63,868 nt of DNA, filler included, from Stramenopiles sp. TOSAG23-6 (GCA_900128565.1; 16 parts of 16 records of this genome joined end to end with filler, not necessarily neighbours in it), one strand, 5' to 3'. Positions 35,101 through 47,866 are shown, numbered from the whole stretch's first letter. The notes: generated by a model not told the origin, from the sequence alone. A program made the numbers and translations.

Positions 35101-35885
35101 TGGGTTGCATGTGAAATTACAGACAATCATGTTTGGTATATTTCAATTAACACTTGATGAAATTATACGACAAGCAAAAGCTGATAGTCTATATAATGAA
35201 GGTGTTGTTGATATCCAAGGCGATGCCATGGAATTGATGATTTCGGAATCTTGGGGCAAATCTAGTTGTAATTGTGAAAATAAAGGTGTAGTTTTATACC
35301 GTGATATGTATACTCATGCTGCAACAAGTGTGCGAGTCTTCCAAATTGATCGAGGTATACATTTTGGAAATGCACTAAAACTTATGGTGACATCTAGAAA
35401 TTGTCTTTCTGAAGGCATTGAAGTTGATACGAAATATTATGGTACAGGGTATATATGTAAATGGGTTATGGTTGAAAAGGAGAATGGTTGTTATGCTAAG
35501 GGTAATGGTACTTGTGCGTTCAATGATATACATGATAGAAATGATGAAAATTCAACAGCAAAACACAAGGAAAAGAAAATCTATCGTCGTTGTATTGTTC
35601 GTTTTCCTTCGACTTCTTTAGGTTCAACATACTTTCCCTATGGCAATGGACATATTAATCCAGACTTAATATATGATATTAAATCGAATAGAAATGATAC
35701 AAATAATGTAAAGAAAAACTTTTTGGCGGGTTTTTATATCAGTCGGAAACGAATTGCTGGTAGATATTTTATTGTTCTAGCAACACCAGCTGCTTCATCC
35801 AAACATAGTTCGAAAGTTTTCATTACAAGGCCTAATACTGGAACAGGAAAACATCCCAGACCTCTTAAGGCATTCCTTGAATCAT
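32165..35885 (+). CDS. Strawberry-notch (SBNO) helicase-like protein, partial; introns 32306-32412, 32580-32676, 32799-32899 (GT-AT), 33752-33851 (GC-TT), donor at 35886
   Basis: [88 protein letters not shown]. Confidence 0.95.
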
Positions 35886-36068
35886 GTACGTTTTCATTTC
35901 AATTTTGAATTTATTTTTTTCGTACGAAATTTTGTACCTAACGATTTTTTTTTTGAAATATTTTTTCANNNNNNNNNNNNNNNNNNNNNNNNNNNNNNNN
36001 NNNNNNNNNNNNTTAATTAATTAANNNNNNNNNNNNNNNNNNNNNNNNNNNNNNNNNNNNNNNNNNNN

Positions 36069-38930
36069 TTTTTTTTGTTTTTCAAGAGATAATATTATAT
36101 CCATCTTACATTGTAGTTGATCTTGGAGCATTTTCAATTTATGCTTTTTGCTCTCAATAGTATTGTTAAATTCTGCCATTTGGGTTTCTCCTCTGTTAGT
36201 ATCTAGTTGCATATTTGAAATCTTTTCTTTTTGGAATTCCGACTCATTTACTACTTCAATTAATGTTTCATTGGCTTTGGCGTTTTTAGTTCTCGCAGAA
36301 TCCAAAGTTTCAATTAAAATTCGCAGCGAACTACGGAGTGACGATTCTGTCAAGTCTTCTCTTTTTATATCCTCAGATATGTTAATGATCTCAGCCTGTA
36401 AGTTCAAGATTACTGATGGATCACTTTTATCAATCCCCAGCTTGGTGAGATTCGACGAGACATTTTCAATACTCTCTTTAAGAAATTTCAATGTTTGCTT
36501 TGAGCGTTCAACTTTCTCGGTCTTTTCTATAAGCATACTCTTTAATTGATAAATTTTATGTGTCTGAAATAATGAATTTGATTTAAATTGTTCTTCTCTC
36601 TGCTGAAAATGTTGTTTCAGATGATATATTTCCTGTTGATCCAAATCAATATTGGACTGTGTTTGAATAGCAGAGTCTTCACGTTCTTCGATATGTTGTT
36701 TCGTAATCTGGTGTTGTTGTTGTACTTTGATCAATTGAGCGTTGTGTGAGTTTATCTCTGCAGATATTTCGGTAATTAGCTGTGATTGTCTTTTGCTTTT
36801 TGTCATTACTCGTGGAATGCTTTTAGAAAATACGTTACAAGCTTTTTGTATTTTTTCTATCTCAAGTTGGTGCGTTTTTGACATAAGGCGTCGATTGTGA
36901 ATGTTTGTTTTCGTATCTACAATTTGTTCTCTCACTTTTTTGAATTTACTTTGTATTATCTTAGACATGTCTTCATTGCGTTTTTTGTTTTCTTCTAGTT
37001 TCTTTGTTTTGACCGCAATTTCTGAAAGTTCTTTGTGTGCCTCTGCAACTTCAAGCTGAGTTTTCTCCATTAATGCAGTTCTTGCTTTTACCTTTTTATC
37101 AAATAATTTCTGTTTCATTCTTAATTGCATATTAAAGTTTTCTTTGAATTTTAAAAGGTCAATTATGTCATCTTCATACTTTGTTATACTTGATTGTAAA
37201 TCACATGATTTTTGGAACATTTCATCTACTTCATCTTTAAGCTTTCTTGTACTTTCTTCGTGTTTCTGAGTCACATGCATCTTCATAAGATCCATTGATT
37301 TATTCTCCGCAAAGACCTCGTTTAATTGCGAAGTCAAACATTCAACTGTCGCCTCAAGATCGCATAATTCAGCGTTTTGATTCGTTTCAATTTTATTCAA
37401 TGCATTCATCTCGTCTCTCCATTCCTTACGTTGTAAGGATAGTTTAATGCGATGCTGCTCCCCATGCTTCTTTACCTTATCCAGCTTACGAGTGAGCAAA
37501 ACTTTTCTTTCAGTATTTTCTTTAATTTGATCTTCTACTAGACTCATCTCTGTCTTTATTTCGTGTATTGAAAACTCATCATTTATGATTCCCTGCTTGT
37601 ACATAGATATTTTCTCCTCTAGCTCTTTTATTTTTTTTTCTGTAAGGCTAATCTTACCTTTAAAGTTTGTAATTTGATGCTGCAATTCGTCACATTCTTT
37701 CTTTAATTTTGAATCATCTGCGCATTTGTCATCCAGCTTTTCAATACTTTTTTGTCTTTGCATTTGAATGATCTTAAAATTTGCAATCTTATCTTGTTCA
37801 GCTTTTATTTGTAGTTTGCATTCCATAATCTCCTCCCGCATTGAAAATATTTTTTGCATGTGGCATTCTTTGTCTGCCATCAACCTGTTTACGTTTTGCG
37901 TTTTTTCTATCACTGATGCAGAGATGTCGGCTTTTTGTTTCTGATTCTCGGCTAAGTTATTTGTTAATATTTTTATACGTTCTTTTGTAGCTTCTAACGA
38001 TGCATTTGCCTCGTCTACAAGTTGCTTCGTATTTTCGATATCTTCACATGTCTTACGCGTTGTCTCAATAAGATTTATATTCTTTGTTGAGATAATCTGT
38101 TTTTCCTTGGACCATTCACGTTTTTTCTGCAGAACATTATTTTGCATATCTTCACATACTTGCTTATCGAGTTTGAACTTTACAGTTGTATCTGCTACAT
38201 CAGATTTGAGATTAGAAATCTCTTTAAGGAGAATTTCCATTTTTGATGTCCTTGTAGCTGCATCTGATTTGAAAGTTGTTTCCTCCTCGCGGAGTTTTGC
38301 AGATAACATTGAGGCCTCTGCGTACTTCAATTTGTTCTCCTCGCTCAATTTGTCTTTTACTGATATCCCATCACGGATTTTGCGCTTCAACCCGTGAAGT
38401 TTTGTTTTTGTGATCTCCACAGCAACTTCTACGCTTTGAAGTATGTGAACTTCGTCCCTGAGATTTTTTTCTTTTTCAGAGATTTTTCGACGTGTTTTTA
38501 GAGTTTCTTTCTTTGCTTTTGAGTACTCCATATTTTTTTCTTTTATTATTCGTTTAATATTTCCTTCCAATGTTTGTAAGTTCACTAATTCTTTAGCAAG
38601 AAGAATTCTAGATTGTTTTTCTGTAATGAGCTGGTTTTCTATAAATTCAACTTCAGATTGGACTACGTTTCCTTTTTCTTCTAAAGTTTTGCATTTTATG
38701 TCACTTTGCAAAGCACTATGCTTAATGCGCCGCATAATAACATCATATGTTTTCAAATTCATATTACTTCCCGTGTCAATAACCTGTGTCGGTATTGGGC
38801 TATTGTTTGGTACGTTGAAAACATTTGTTTTTTTTGATGGAGTCGTCTTCATGTTTACACTNCATACCATGGATGGATGTTCCTTTTGTATCCTCGCCTG
38901 TTTATCTTGGTATGTTTCAAATTTACTCAT
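36069..38930 (-). CDS. Long coiled-coil protein, 3'-truncated
   Basis: More than 950 codons open, heptad K/E/Q-rich. Confidence 0.8.
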
Positions 38931-39230
38931 AGTGACAATTTACTGATATATGATCCTTGTCCTTATTTGTGGTTCCTGCGTTTAAAATTCTTCTCTTTCC
39001 TTTCTATATTATAAACATATGTAGATGGTACACATGGATTAAGGGGGGTACCGTTAGCCAAGGGGCAACAAACAAAACCGTTGTATTATTTTTAACAGCT
39101 AAAATTAACGGTCGTCGTCCGAAATCGAGGTCAGGTCAACATCAACAGTTTGGCTCTGCTGCGGTCAAAACTCAAAACAAGAACAAAAGCAAAACATCAC
39201 CAAAGAGCAACAAAAACAGTTAAAGTGAAA

Positions 39231-39740
39231 ATGCAAAGTAATGCTGAAGATGTTCGCGAATTTACAGCAGGCGCTGGTCAACCAACTCCGGATACTCCTG
39301 AATTGATGAATAAAACCGAAGTGAACTTTATCGGAAAGATGATTATTGATGAGTTACTTGAGCTTTTTTCGACTCAGTATGGAGCTAAAGAGGCAAAGTC
39401 TATCTTGTCTGGTTTTGTTCAGAATGCCAAGGAACTGCCACAAATGCCTACAAATACTAAAGAAGAACGTCTGGAACAATTGGCAGAACAAGGTGATGCT
39501 TTAGTTGACATTTATTATTATTCTCTCAACGCTGCATGTAAAAAGGGAGTTAATCTCTCCTCAATTTTCAACTGTGTCCACAAAGCAAATATGGCAAAGC
39601 GTGATCCAGCCACAGGAAAATTTCTCAAACGTGCTGATGGGAAAATTTTGAAGCCTGCTGGATGGAAAGCCCCAGATATTGCCGCAGAAATCCAAAGACA
39701 GTGTGATGAAGGGTCATTTGCAAAGCAAAACCAGTTATGA
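39231..39740 (+). CDS. MazG-like/PRA-PH family all-alpha NTP pyrophosphatase
   Basis: VREF...ELLEL...DALVDIYY...VHKANMAK...RADGKILKPAGWKAPD. Confidence 0.85.
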   Translation: MQSNAEDVREFTAGAGQPTPDTPELMNKTEVNFIGKMIIDELLELFSTQYGAKEAKSILSGFVQNAKELPQMPTNTKEERLEQLAEQGDALVDIYYYSLNAACKKGVNLSSIFNCVHKANMAKRDPATGKFLKRADGKILKPAGWKAPDIAAEIQRQCDEGSFAKQNQL

Positions 39741-39863
39741 TTATTTTTTTCTTAGGTACGAAATTCGGTACAAAAAAAAATGAAATTCATGGGTTAAGTG
39801 GTCCAAGGATCTGTGAAAGACAGATTTATCATATATACTATGAAATTGCAATGATTCCATAAT

Positions 39864-39955
39864 ATTATCTCTAATAAAAATTGACTTCAATCTATATTTT
39901 TATTATCTCTAATAAAAATTGACTTCAATCTATATTTTTATTATCTCTAATAAAA
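39864..39955. repeat. ~38-bp tandem repeat (TATTATCTCTAATAAAAATTGACTTCAATCTATATTTT), ~2.5 copies to scaffold end
   Basis: Direct inspection. Confidence 0.85.
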
Positions 39956-40139
39956 NNNNNNNNNNNNNNNNNNNNNNNNNNNNNNNNNNNNNNNNNNNNT
40001 TAATTAATTAANNNNNNNNNNNNNNNNNNNNNNNNNNNNNNNNNNNNNNNNNNNNAAAAAAAATTGTTAGGTACAAAATTTTCAAAAAAAAAAAATTCGA
40101 TTTTTTTTTTTTCGAAAACAAAAAAAAAATAAAACATAC

Positions 40140-41445
40140 ATTGATTTCAATCGTTCAATATCTTGTGCATATTCTTTTAATAATCCACGTTTTGTTAAAC
40201 GTTTATTCACTTCTGGACGATTTTTAATTGATTTTGCTTTAATTGCATATTCAAGTGTACTTAAAGTTTCATCGACTGAGAGTAGTGAAGGTGAACAGGT
40301 AGCAATATATTTTGAAAAAATATTTCAAAAAAAATCTAAAAAAATCGTTAGGTACAAAATTTACTATGAAAAAAAAAACAAATTCGAAATTTAAAAAAAA
40401 ATAAAACATACATGATACAGGCTTTTGCACGCCCACCTAATGACTCCTGTAATAATCGTGTCAATTTTGAATCACGATATGGTACATGAGGTGAATTAGA
40501 CACTAAAGCATTAATTACACGACCAAGAGTTAATAATGATTGATTGATTTTTTTAGCTTCTCTTTGTCGACTTCCCGTTGCTCCAGAACGACCAGCACAT
40601 TCTGAACCTGCTAAATCGACTAAATGTAATTTTCCAACTTTTAATAAATCTTCACCATCTGGCATTGTTTCTTTGATATGTACAGTAAGTGTAAATAGAC
40701 AATGTGATCGACTTGATTTTTCATTCATAATTGTTCCAGCCACTTTACGTTTTCTCATTGCATAACGCATGACTTTATATAAAGCATCGGGCGATTGAAC
40801 ATGAACTTCTTCGAGGTTTTGACAAAAGATTCCTTTACGTTTATCATCGACAATACGAAGACGTGGAGCTGCAGAAGCTTCAACGGGTTCAGAATCAGGG
40901 TCATTTGTCGCTTCACAATTAGCAACTCCTTGTAACAAATCTTCTAAAACTTCATTATAAAGTTCTAAATAAGACACTTTAATTGTATACTCTGCATTCT
41001 TTGCTTCAAGTTGTTCAAAAATGCTAGTTACACAACGAGGAATTACACCCCAATTATCACGGGATTCCATATCACCTTCCATTGTGAAAGTTTTACCTGT
41101 ACCTGTTTGACCATAGGCGAAAACAGTACAGTTAAAACCATCGAGAACTTCTTCAACTAGAGGTTGTACAGTCTGTTCATACACTTCCTTTTGCGTTGCA
41201 TATTGACCAAAGACATTATCATATTTATAACGCTTTGTATGAGTGCCTTCGGAAGACTCGTCTTTACCATTCTTTTTCCGGCGTTTTAATTGCACGGATA
41301 TAAGACTCCGAGAACTGTCAGCGCTAACTGAAGAAACAGTACACGTACTCTCTTCTTTGTCATTGAGAGGGCGAACCCGAACAACAACTTTTACATTTAC
41401 TGCTTTTGCATTAGAATTTTCAGACTGACTTGAAGATGTCGTCAT
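40140..41445 (-). CDS. Kinesin-5 (BimC/Eg5-like) motor, 3'-truncated; GT-AT intron 40411-40305
   Basis: [61 protein letters not shown]...ETLSTLEYA. Confidence 0.95.
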
Positions 41446-41787
41446 TTCTATTTAGATTACACAACAAATAGAATAGTGTCCTCAAGAGAAAATCTAATCC
41501 CTCGTAAAATATGAGCTAGATAAACAGATTTGTTTTAGTCGAATTGAATTGATGTTTCGTTTTCAAACACCATTCGAAAAAAAAACTTTTTCAAAAATCG
41601 AAAAAAAAAAACACAAGGATTTCGTGTTTGCTTTGCGATTGATGTCAGTCAGAGATCTGTCAGTACGAAGTCGAAAACACACAACAACACAACAACACAC
41701 ACACAAAAGTAAAAATACAGTGTACTAATTACACGCTGCGATTGATATAGAAAGTGTATGATACATTTAGATATTTATATTTAAGCT

Positions 41788-43614
41788 ATGATAGTGTTAC
41801 CTGGAGTATTTCGAAGTTTTGCTCCGTATAATTCGGGAAGAAATTGTATGGGTGTTCGTTTAAATGTATTGGCTCAAACGTTTTCGACACGCACCACAAC
41901 TCCACTGAATAGTACTGTCCGTGTCCGTTTTGCTCCGAGTCCTACGGGTTCTCTCCATATTGGTGGACTTCGTACTGCCTTATATAATTACCTCTTTGCA
42001 CGACGATCAAATGGAGCTTTTATTCTTCGTATTGAAGACACAGACACAAAGCGTACTTTGAAAGGATCAGCCTCTAACTTGATGCGTATGTTAAAGTGGT
42101 GTGGTTGTGTTTATGATGAAGGTCCAGATGTTGGTGGTTCATATGGACCATATAGACAATCTGAACGACTTCATCTATATCAAGAAACTGCTGATAATTT
42201 ATTGAAATCAGGACATGCATATCGTTGTTTCTCGAAAACAACAGAAACTCATGGACCTTTACCATTAGCTGAAGAGAATGAACGCTTAGCTTCTGGTGAA
42301 CCATATACAGTCCGTCTTGTAGTACCACGTGGAGAAGAAAAAACAAACACTGAATTACAACAAAACCAAACAAATGATATATTGCAGAAGCAATCGAATA
42401 ATGAATTAGAATCAAATTCTGGATTTACAACTTTTATAGATCAGTTGAGAGGTGAAATTTCTGTTCCGAATGACACAATCAATGCTCAAATTCTTTTGAA
42501 ATCAGATGGCTGGCCTACATATCATCTAGCTTCTGTTGTCGACGATCATAAAATGAAAATCACACATGTCATTCGTGGTGAGGAATGGCTTTCTTCAACA
42601 CCAAAACATATATTATTATATCGTGCTTTACAGTGGCCGGTCCCAGAATTTATTCATCTTCCACTTTTGTTAAATAAAGATAAATCAAAAATATCAAAAC
42701 GTCAGAAACATGCTGGAGTAGATTGGTATCAGTCTCAAGGGTATATGCCAACTGCTTTAATTAATTTTGTTGCACTTATGGGTTGGTCTCCAAGTTGTCT
42801 AGATGTAAATAATTTAAGTACAAAAAATATAGACAATATAAAAAAAACAGAAAAAAAAAAAAAAACAGAAAATATAGATAATACAGAAGTATGTACAATG
42901 AAAACTCTTCAACAGACTTTTGATATATCTAAAGCTCAAACATCAGCAGCCATTGTAAATACAGATAAACTTGATTGGTTGGATAAACAACATACATTAT
43001 TAGCCATTCAATCATCTACAACATCATCAACAAAAGAGATTCAAATGGTAATGAATATAATTTCTTTACAATTTCAAAATATTTCTTGGAAAAATGAGAT
43101 TGAGAAAAATAATGCATTCAATTTAGCTTGTGATGTTGAATATATTTCAAGTATTATAAAACTTATGAATGGTCGTACTGCTACAAGACAAATATTTATA
43201 GATGGTGCATTAGGTGGTTGTTTATACTTTTTTTCTGATCCTTTATTTGACTTGAATGAAACTTTTAAAAACAAATCAAACAAAACACAAGATAAACTGA
43301 ATTGTAATGATGAATTATATGAAACAATATCAAATAATTATAATAATTCTTGGACATCAAATTCTACAAATATTATGTCAAATTTATATAACAATTTATA
43401 TAGAATTGATTCAAAAGATTGGACAATAGAAAATATTCAAAATACAATAAAAATAGAAGCAAAACATAATAAATTAAAAATTGGACAAGTCATGAAACCA
43501 TTACGATTTGCTATTTCTGGAGCAGTTGTTGGAGCACCTTTAGCAAATTCTATTTCTTTATTAGGACGTACAACTGTACTGAGAAGACTTCAATACGCTA
43601 TTGATGTATGCTAA
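41788..43614 (+). CDS. EARS2: Glutamyl-tRNA synthetase, mitochondrial/bacterial type
   Basis: RFAPSPTGSLHIGG, LRIEDTD, GPYRQSER, ITHVIRGEEW, KISKR; N-terminal presequence-like extension. Confidence 0.93.
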   Translation: MIVLPGVFRSFAPYNSGRNCMGVRLNVLAQTFSTRTTTPLNSTVRVRFAPSPTGSLHIGGLRTALYNYLFARRSNGAFILRIEDTDTKRTLKGSASNLMRMLKWCGCVYDEGPDVGGSYGPYRQSERLHLYQETADNLLKSGHAYRCFSKTTETHGPLPLAEENERLASGEPYTVRLVVPRGEEKTNTELQQNQTNDILQKQSNNELESNSGFTTFIDQLRGEISVPNDTINAQILLKSDGWPTYHLASVVDDHKMKITHVIRGEEWLSSTPKHILLYRALQWPVPEFIHLPLLLNKDKSKISKRQKHAGVDWYQSQGYMPTALINFVALMGWSPSCLDVNNLSTKNIDNIKKTEKKKKTENIDNTEVCTMKTLQQTFDISKAQTSAAIVNTDKLDWLDKQHTLLAIQSSTTSSTKEIQMVMNIISLQFQNISWKNEIEKNNAFNLACDVEYISSIIKLMNGRTATRQIFIDGALGGCLYFFSDPLFDLNETFKNKSNKTQDKLNCNDELYETISNNYNNSWTSNSTNIMSNLYNNLYRIDSKDWTIENIQNTIKIEAKHNKLKIGQVMKPLRFAISGAVVGAPLANSISLLGRTTVLRRLQYAIDVC

Positions 43615-43743
43615 TAACAGGTATAATTGATAAAATAATTTGAATTTTATTGTATATAACCATGTACTAGATGAATGGAAACCAAAAATAAAACACACAA
43701 ATGTAATAATTTAGTTTGTTATTGACTTTAACTTTTGATCTTA

Positions 43744-43941
43744 CTAATATGGTTCTAAACTGCGAATTAATCTAGCTGGTATTGTAACAATTGCTGAGTT
43801 ACATCCTTCGAAAACACTCCCACCAATCTCAGTGACACTATTTGGAATTGTTATAGAATTTAGTGATTTACATCCATTGAAAGCATAATCACCAATACTA
43901 GTTACACTATTCGGAATTGTTATAGACTTGTCCAATTTTTA
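43744..43941 (-). CDS. BspA-type leucine-rich repeat protein, C-terminal fragment
   Basis: [22 protein letters not shown] repeats. Confidence 0.85.
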
Positions 43942-44043
43942 ANNNNNNNNNNNNNNNNNNNNNNNNNNNNNNNNNNNNNNNNNNNNTTAATTAATTAANN
44001 NNNNNNNNNNNNNNNNNNNNNNNNNNNNNNNNNNNNNNNNNNA

Positions 44044-45790
44044 TAAGAACTTTTTCATGATTATCATCTTCAACTGTATTGATTTTACAGCTTATATTAT
44101 ATGGATATAATTCACTGCCATTGATATGTTTTTCAACAATGAATTGGCATTTATCGCAAGTGTATTCGCTACTGTCTTCAGGACAAATATCACGAAGTTT
44201 ATTTCGTATAGTTTCGCCCATAATCAACTTGTTTGTAATGGCAATTAAACGATTTTCTAGTGAAGAATCATCAATATACTCCGACTTATTATGGGCAGAA
44301 TAATACAAGTAATGTTCAAATTTCCGAAGTAATTTCAGACGCAGTAGCTTTTTGTCTTCATTAGTAAAAGAACCAAAATTTTTCAGACGAAGATATTGCA
44401 GAATTCTCTTGTTTATCTCTACAGAAGACAAAATATTCCTAATTTTCCTCAACATATTCATACGATCCTTTGTTGGTTCAGGTTTATGCCGTTTATGCCA
44501 TGGAAGCTTTGGTCTATCGGGGAGATTAGCTAATTTAGTAATCCTGTTTGTGGACACGTCACGTGAAAAATTTACTATTTCTCGTTTATATCCTGTAAAT
44601 CCAGTTGAAGTAAACTTGCTACGGTCCATAATCAAGTTGAAATTTGGATCATCCAATTTTTTTACTATGTTCTCCGGGACTTCTCCATTTAGTTTAGTAT
44701 CGTATATTAATACAGATTCTAAATGAAGGAGATTTCCAATAGCTGATATGTCACCGATGAACTGATTCTCATTAAGATAAAGATATCTTAAGTTTGTAAG
44801 ATTTCCAATAGGTGTTATGACACCGTTGAACAGATTCTGGCTTAAATTGAGATACACCAATTGTTTCAAATCTTTCAGTGCTGCTATGCCGCCCCTGAAC
44901 AGATTATTGCTCAAATCGAGATATGTCAATTGTTTCAAGTCTTTCAGTGGTTCAATTGATCCAGAAAATTGATTGTCATGAATATGTAGATCCACTAAGT
45001 CGGTAAGATTTCCAATAGCTGATATGTCACCAATGAACTGATTATTTTCAAGATAAAGATATCTTAACTTTGAAAGATTTGTGAAATCTCCAAGTTCACC
45101 AGAAAGTTGATTGTGCGATAAATTCAAATATTCAAGGTTTTGAGGGAGAATATCAAGATTAGTTAGTGAACCAATCAAGCCCATGTTTGGCATATGTAGT
45201 ATTAGAGAGCCAGGAGACACAAATTTTCCAGTCTTCGTTGCGTATTTTTCAATATTTTCTAAAACACAATCAATTGTAGAAATTATGGTATTATCTCGAA
45301 CATGACAGGGGTCTTTCTCTTTGACAGCTTTCAATGCAGCGGCTTCTTCAGCAGCTTTCTCTTCGGCCGCTTTCAATGCAGCAAATGCTTCAGCAGCTTT
45401 CTCTTCGGCAGCTTTCACTGCAGCAAATGCATCAGCAAATTCCTCGTCGATAGCTTTTAATGCAACGGCTTCTTCAGCAGCTTTCTCTTCGGCAGCTTTC
45501 AACGCAACGGCTTCTTCAGCAGCTTTCTCTTCGGCTTCCACCGATCCTTTGAGAAGTTTTTCTTCTGCTTCGATAACCAATGGTAGCTGATTCGAATACT
45601 CAACCTCTTGACGACCAGCTTCCTTCAATATTGCCCAAATACTATCCTTGAGGTATTGACCCCCGTGTCTTGCGTGATATTTGAGGTTTGGGAGGAGGGC
45701 ACTCCTACGATGTACTTCTGCACCAGTTGCCGCTAATATATGTGCATAAAAGCACAACATTGCAATGAATGTTGATGTAGTACATTTCAT
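44044..45790 (-). CDS. Secreted LRR protein with KAAEE helical repeats and a KIX-like C-terminal segment, 3'-truncated
   Basis: Signal peptide; LxxLxLxxNxFxG repeats; FEHYLYYSA...EYID.SSLENRL. Confidence 0.85.
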
Positions 45791-46022
45791 TATAGAGCGA
45801 TAGAGCACTTCTAAAAGTTTTCTTTCTTTAGCTTATGGGATGAGTTCCTCTTGGTGGCAGTTCCTGGATCAGCTGACTGTATCATTTTGGACATAAAAAA
45901 CAAGATTTCGTGTGTTCGAACTTCCTGTTGGTTTATTAGGTTTACCAAATATATTCAGCGCAAGGCAAACTGAGTCTGAGACTTCCAAACCACAGAGACT
46001 TACTTTGAATACTAAAAACAAA

Positions 46023-46513
46023 ATGAAAAATCAATCATGTGTAGTCATTACAATGCTTTTAAGTGTACTATACACAGCGCAAAGTAGACCTATCTACTCA
46101 TACCCTTCTGACGGTATCTGCAAGGCCAAATATCGTGGAAGAACTGTAAAAAGTGTAAACAAACGGGTCCGGATCCCTGGAATCCCAAACTTACCATAAA
46201 ATGTCTCTCATGTAAGTCTGGTTACTCCTTTAAATCTGGACATTGCAAAAAGAACAAAAAGAACAGTACACCTTTGTGGATGATCCTTATGGGTGTTGCA
46301 ATTGGTGGTTGCTTTTTGGTTGGTGGTTTTTGGTTGTATCGTCGTAGACGTCAGAGGAATTCACCTCCTCCTCGTTCTTTCGCACAACAGCCACAGCAGT
46401 CAATATGCGTCGCAAAACAGCAGCCAATTCACATTGTACAAAAGCCTACCATCGTTCAACAACCTGCAATACATGTTGTGCAACCGACACCCGTGGTCTG
46501 TGTGGCACCATAG
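46023..46513 (+). pseudogene. Cys-rich (CxxC) type-I membrane protein split across three frames
   Basis: Signal peptide, NCKKC, KCLSCKSGY..C, TM helix + RRRR; needs about two frameshifts (decay or sequencing error). Confidence 0.5.
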
Positions 46514-47034
46514 AGACGTTTATACCAAAAAGTATAAAAAAACGTGTGAAATCTTAAAAACATTTATGCGCAATTGCTCCGCTATGAAAAATGGAATCTG
46601 TTTTTCGATCTTTTTGATTTTTGAGACATTTCTTTGAGTGTGTCTGAGTGTTAAATATAATATAAAAACCATTTTGGAACAAAGCTGTTATTGATACACA
46701 AAATTCCATTCCAACCATGTACTCCATGTTATCAATTTTCAGAAATGATAAAACCAAACAAATTATTGATATACGTACAAGATTATTGACAATATGAATA
46801 AAGAATAATTTTCATTGAAATAAAAAATTTTATGATGGGAATTATACCCAGTATATAATATATACAAAGCTAACAACTACTAATTACAGAATATCAGCTT
46901 CATTTGTTTCTGTAGTACTTCATCCTACTAGTAAACACAAAATTTAGTCACACATTTGGATCACATGTAGTGATTGACGTATTAATAGTATTAATAGATT
47001 CCGTAGCAATTTTTGTACCTAATTTAAATTTTCA

Positions 47035-47068
47035 TTAGGGTTTTAGGGTTTTAGGGTTTTTTAGGGTT
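47035..47068 (+). repeat. Interstitial telomere-like (TTTTAGGG)n, ~4 copies
   Basis: TTAGGGTTTTAGGGTTTTAGGGTTTTTTAGGG. Confidence 0.65.
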
Positions 47069-47069
47069 C

Positions 47070-47866
47070 CTACTCTACTAAAGCTGACACATTTGGATCA
47101 CGTGACAAAGCTTCGCCCATTTTAGCAAATCCACTTCTTCTTAATAATTGTGAAAATTTTTGACCTACATCAGCTGCTTGATTGGATGCTCCATTATACA
47201 CAACAGCTCCTGAAATAATATCATCCACTTCTGAATCATGAACTGAACCAATCGTATCAACAAATTCACTAAATGTGACAACACCTGTATTTGATGTGTC
47301 TGCTTCAAAAACCATTTCAGCAGCTTCATCATATGTCATCGGAATCCCAAGATCAAACATGACTGTAAGAATTCCATCAATATCAATTGTTGAATTAATA
47401 CTTACAACGCCATGAGTTGGCTCTGCAAATTTGCCAAAATCACGTTCAACTTGTTCTTCTAATTCTTCTTTCTTTAAAAATCGTGACATCATAGAAACAA
47501 AATTACTAAAGTCAATATGGCCTTTACTATCAACATCCCATTTTCTAACTAAAGCTTGTAACTCTAGAGGCGTTTCTGGGTGTCCGACGCTAGTCATTAA
47601 TGACGATAAACTCTGGGCTGTTAATGCCCCATCATCAGCAAATTTAGTAAATACTTTATATAGATATGTCATTTGTCCATTGCTTAAAGGTTGAAGTTCC
47701 AACAGCTCAAGAATACTAATAAATTGTTTCTCGTTGACCAACAATTCACTTCTACCACTCGATATTCCACAAAATTCATTTTGTTTTTTAACATTATTAT
47801 GTAGCCATGACATGACCTGCATCATTTCATCGTCTGTAGCAAAGGTACCAAGATCCATCAAAGCAG
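47070..47866 (-). CDS. Last exon of an EF-hand (calmodulin-like domain) protein
   Basis: DVDSKGHIDFSNF, DTSNTGVVTFSEF; preceded by intron end CCAAAACACAT. Confidence 0.8.

Noticed and set aside
40305-40411. DNA-level excision (ciliate IES-like) or dead genes instead of splicing
   Set aside because: Disfavoured, not excluded: copies in coding DNA are all sense-oriented with donor and branch motifs, and the exons keep intact conserved motifs.
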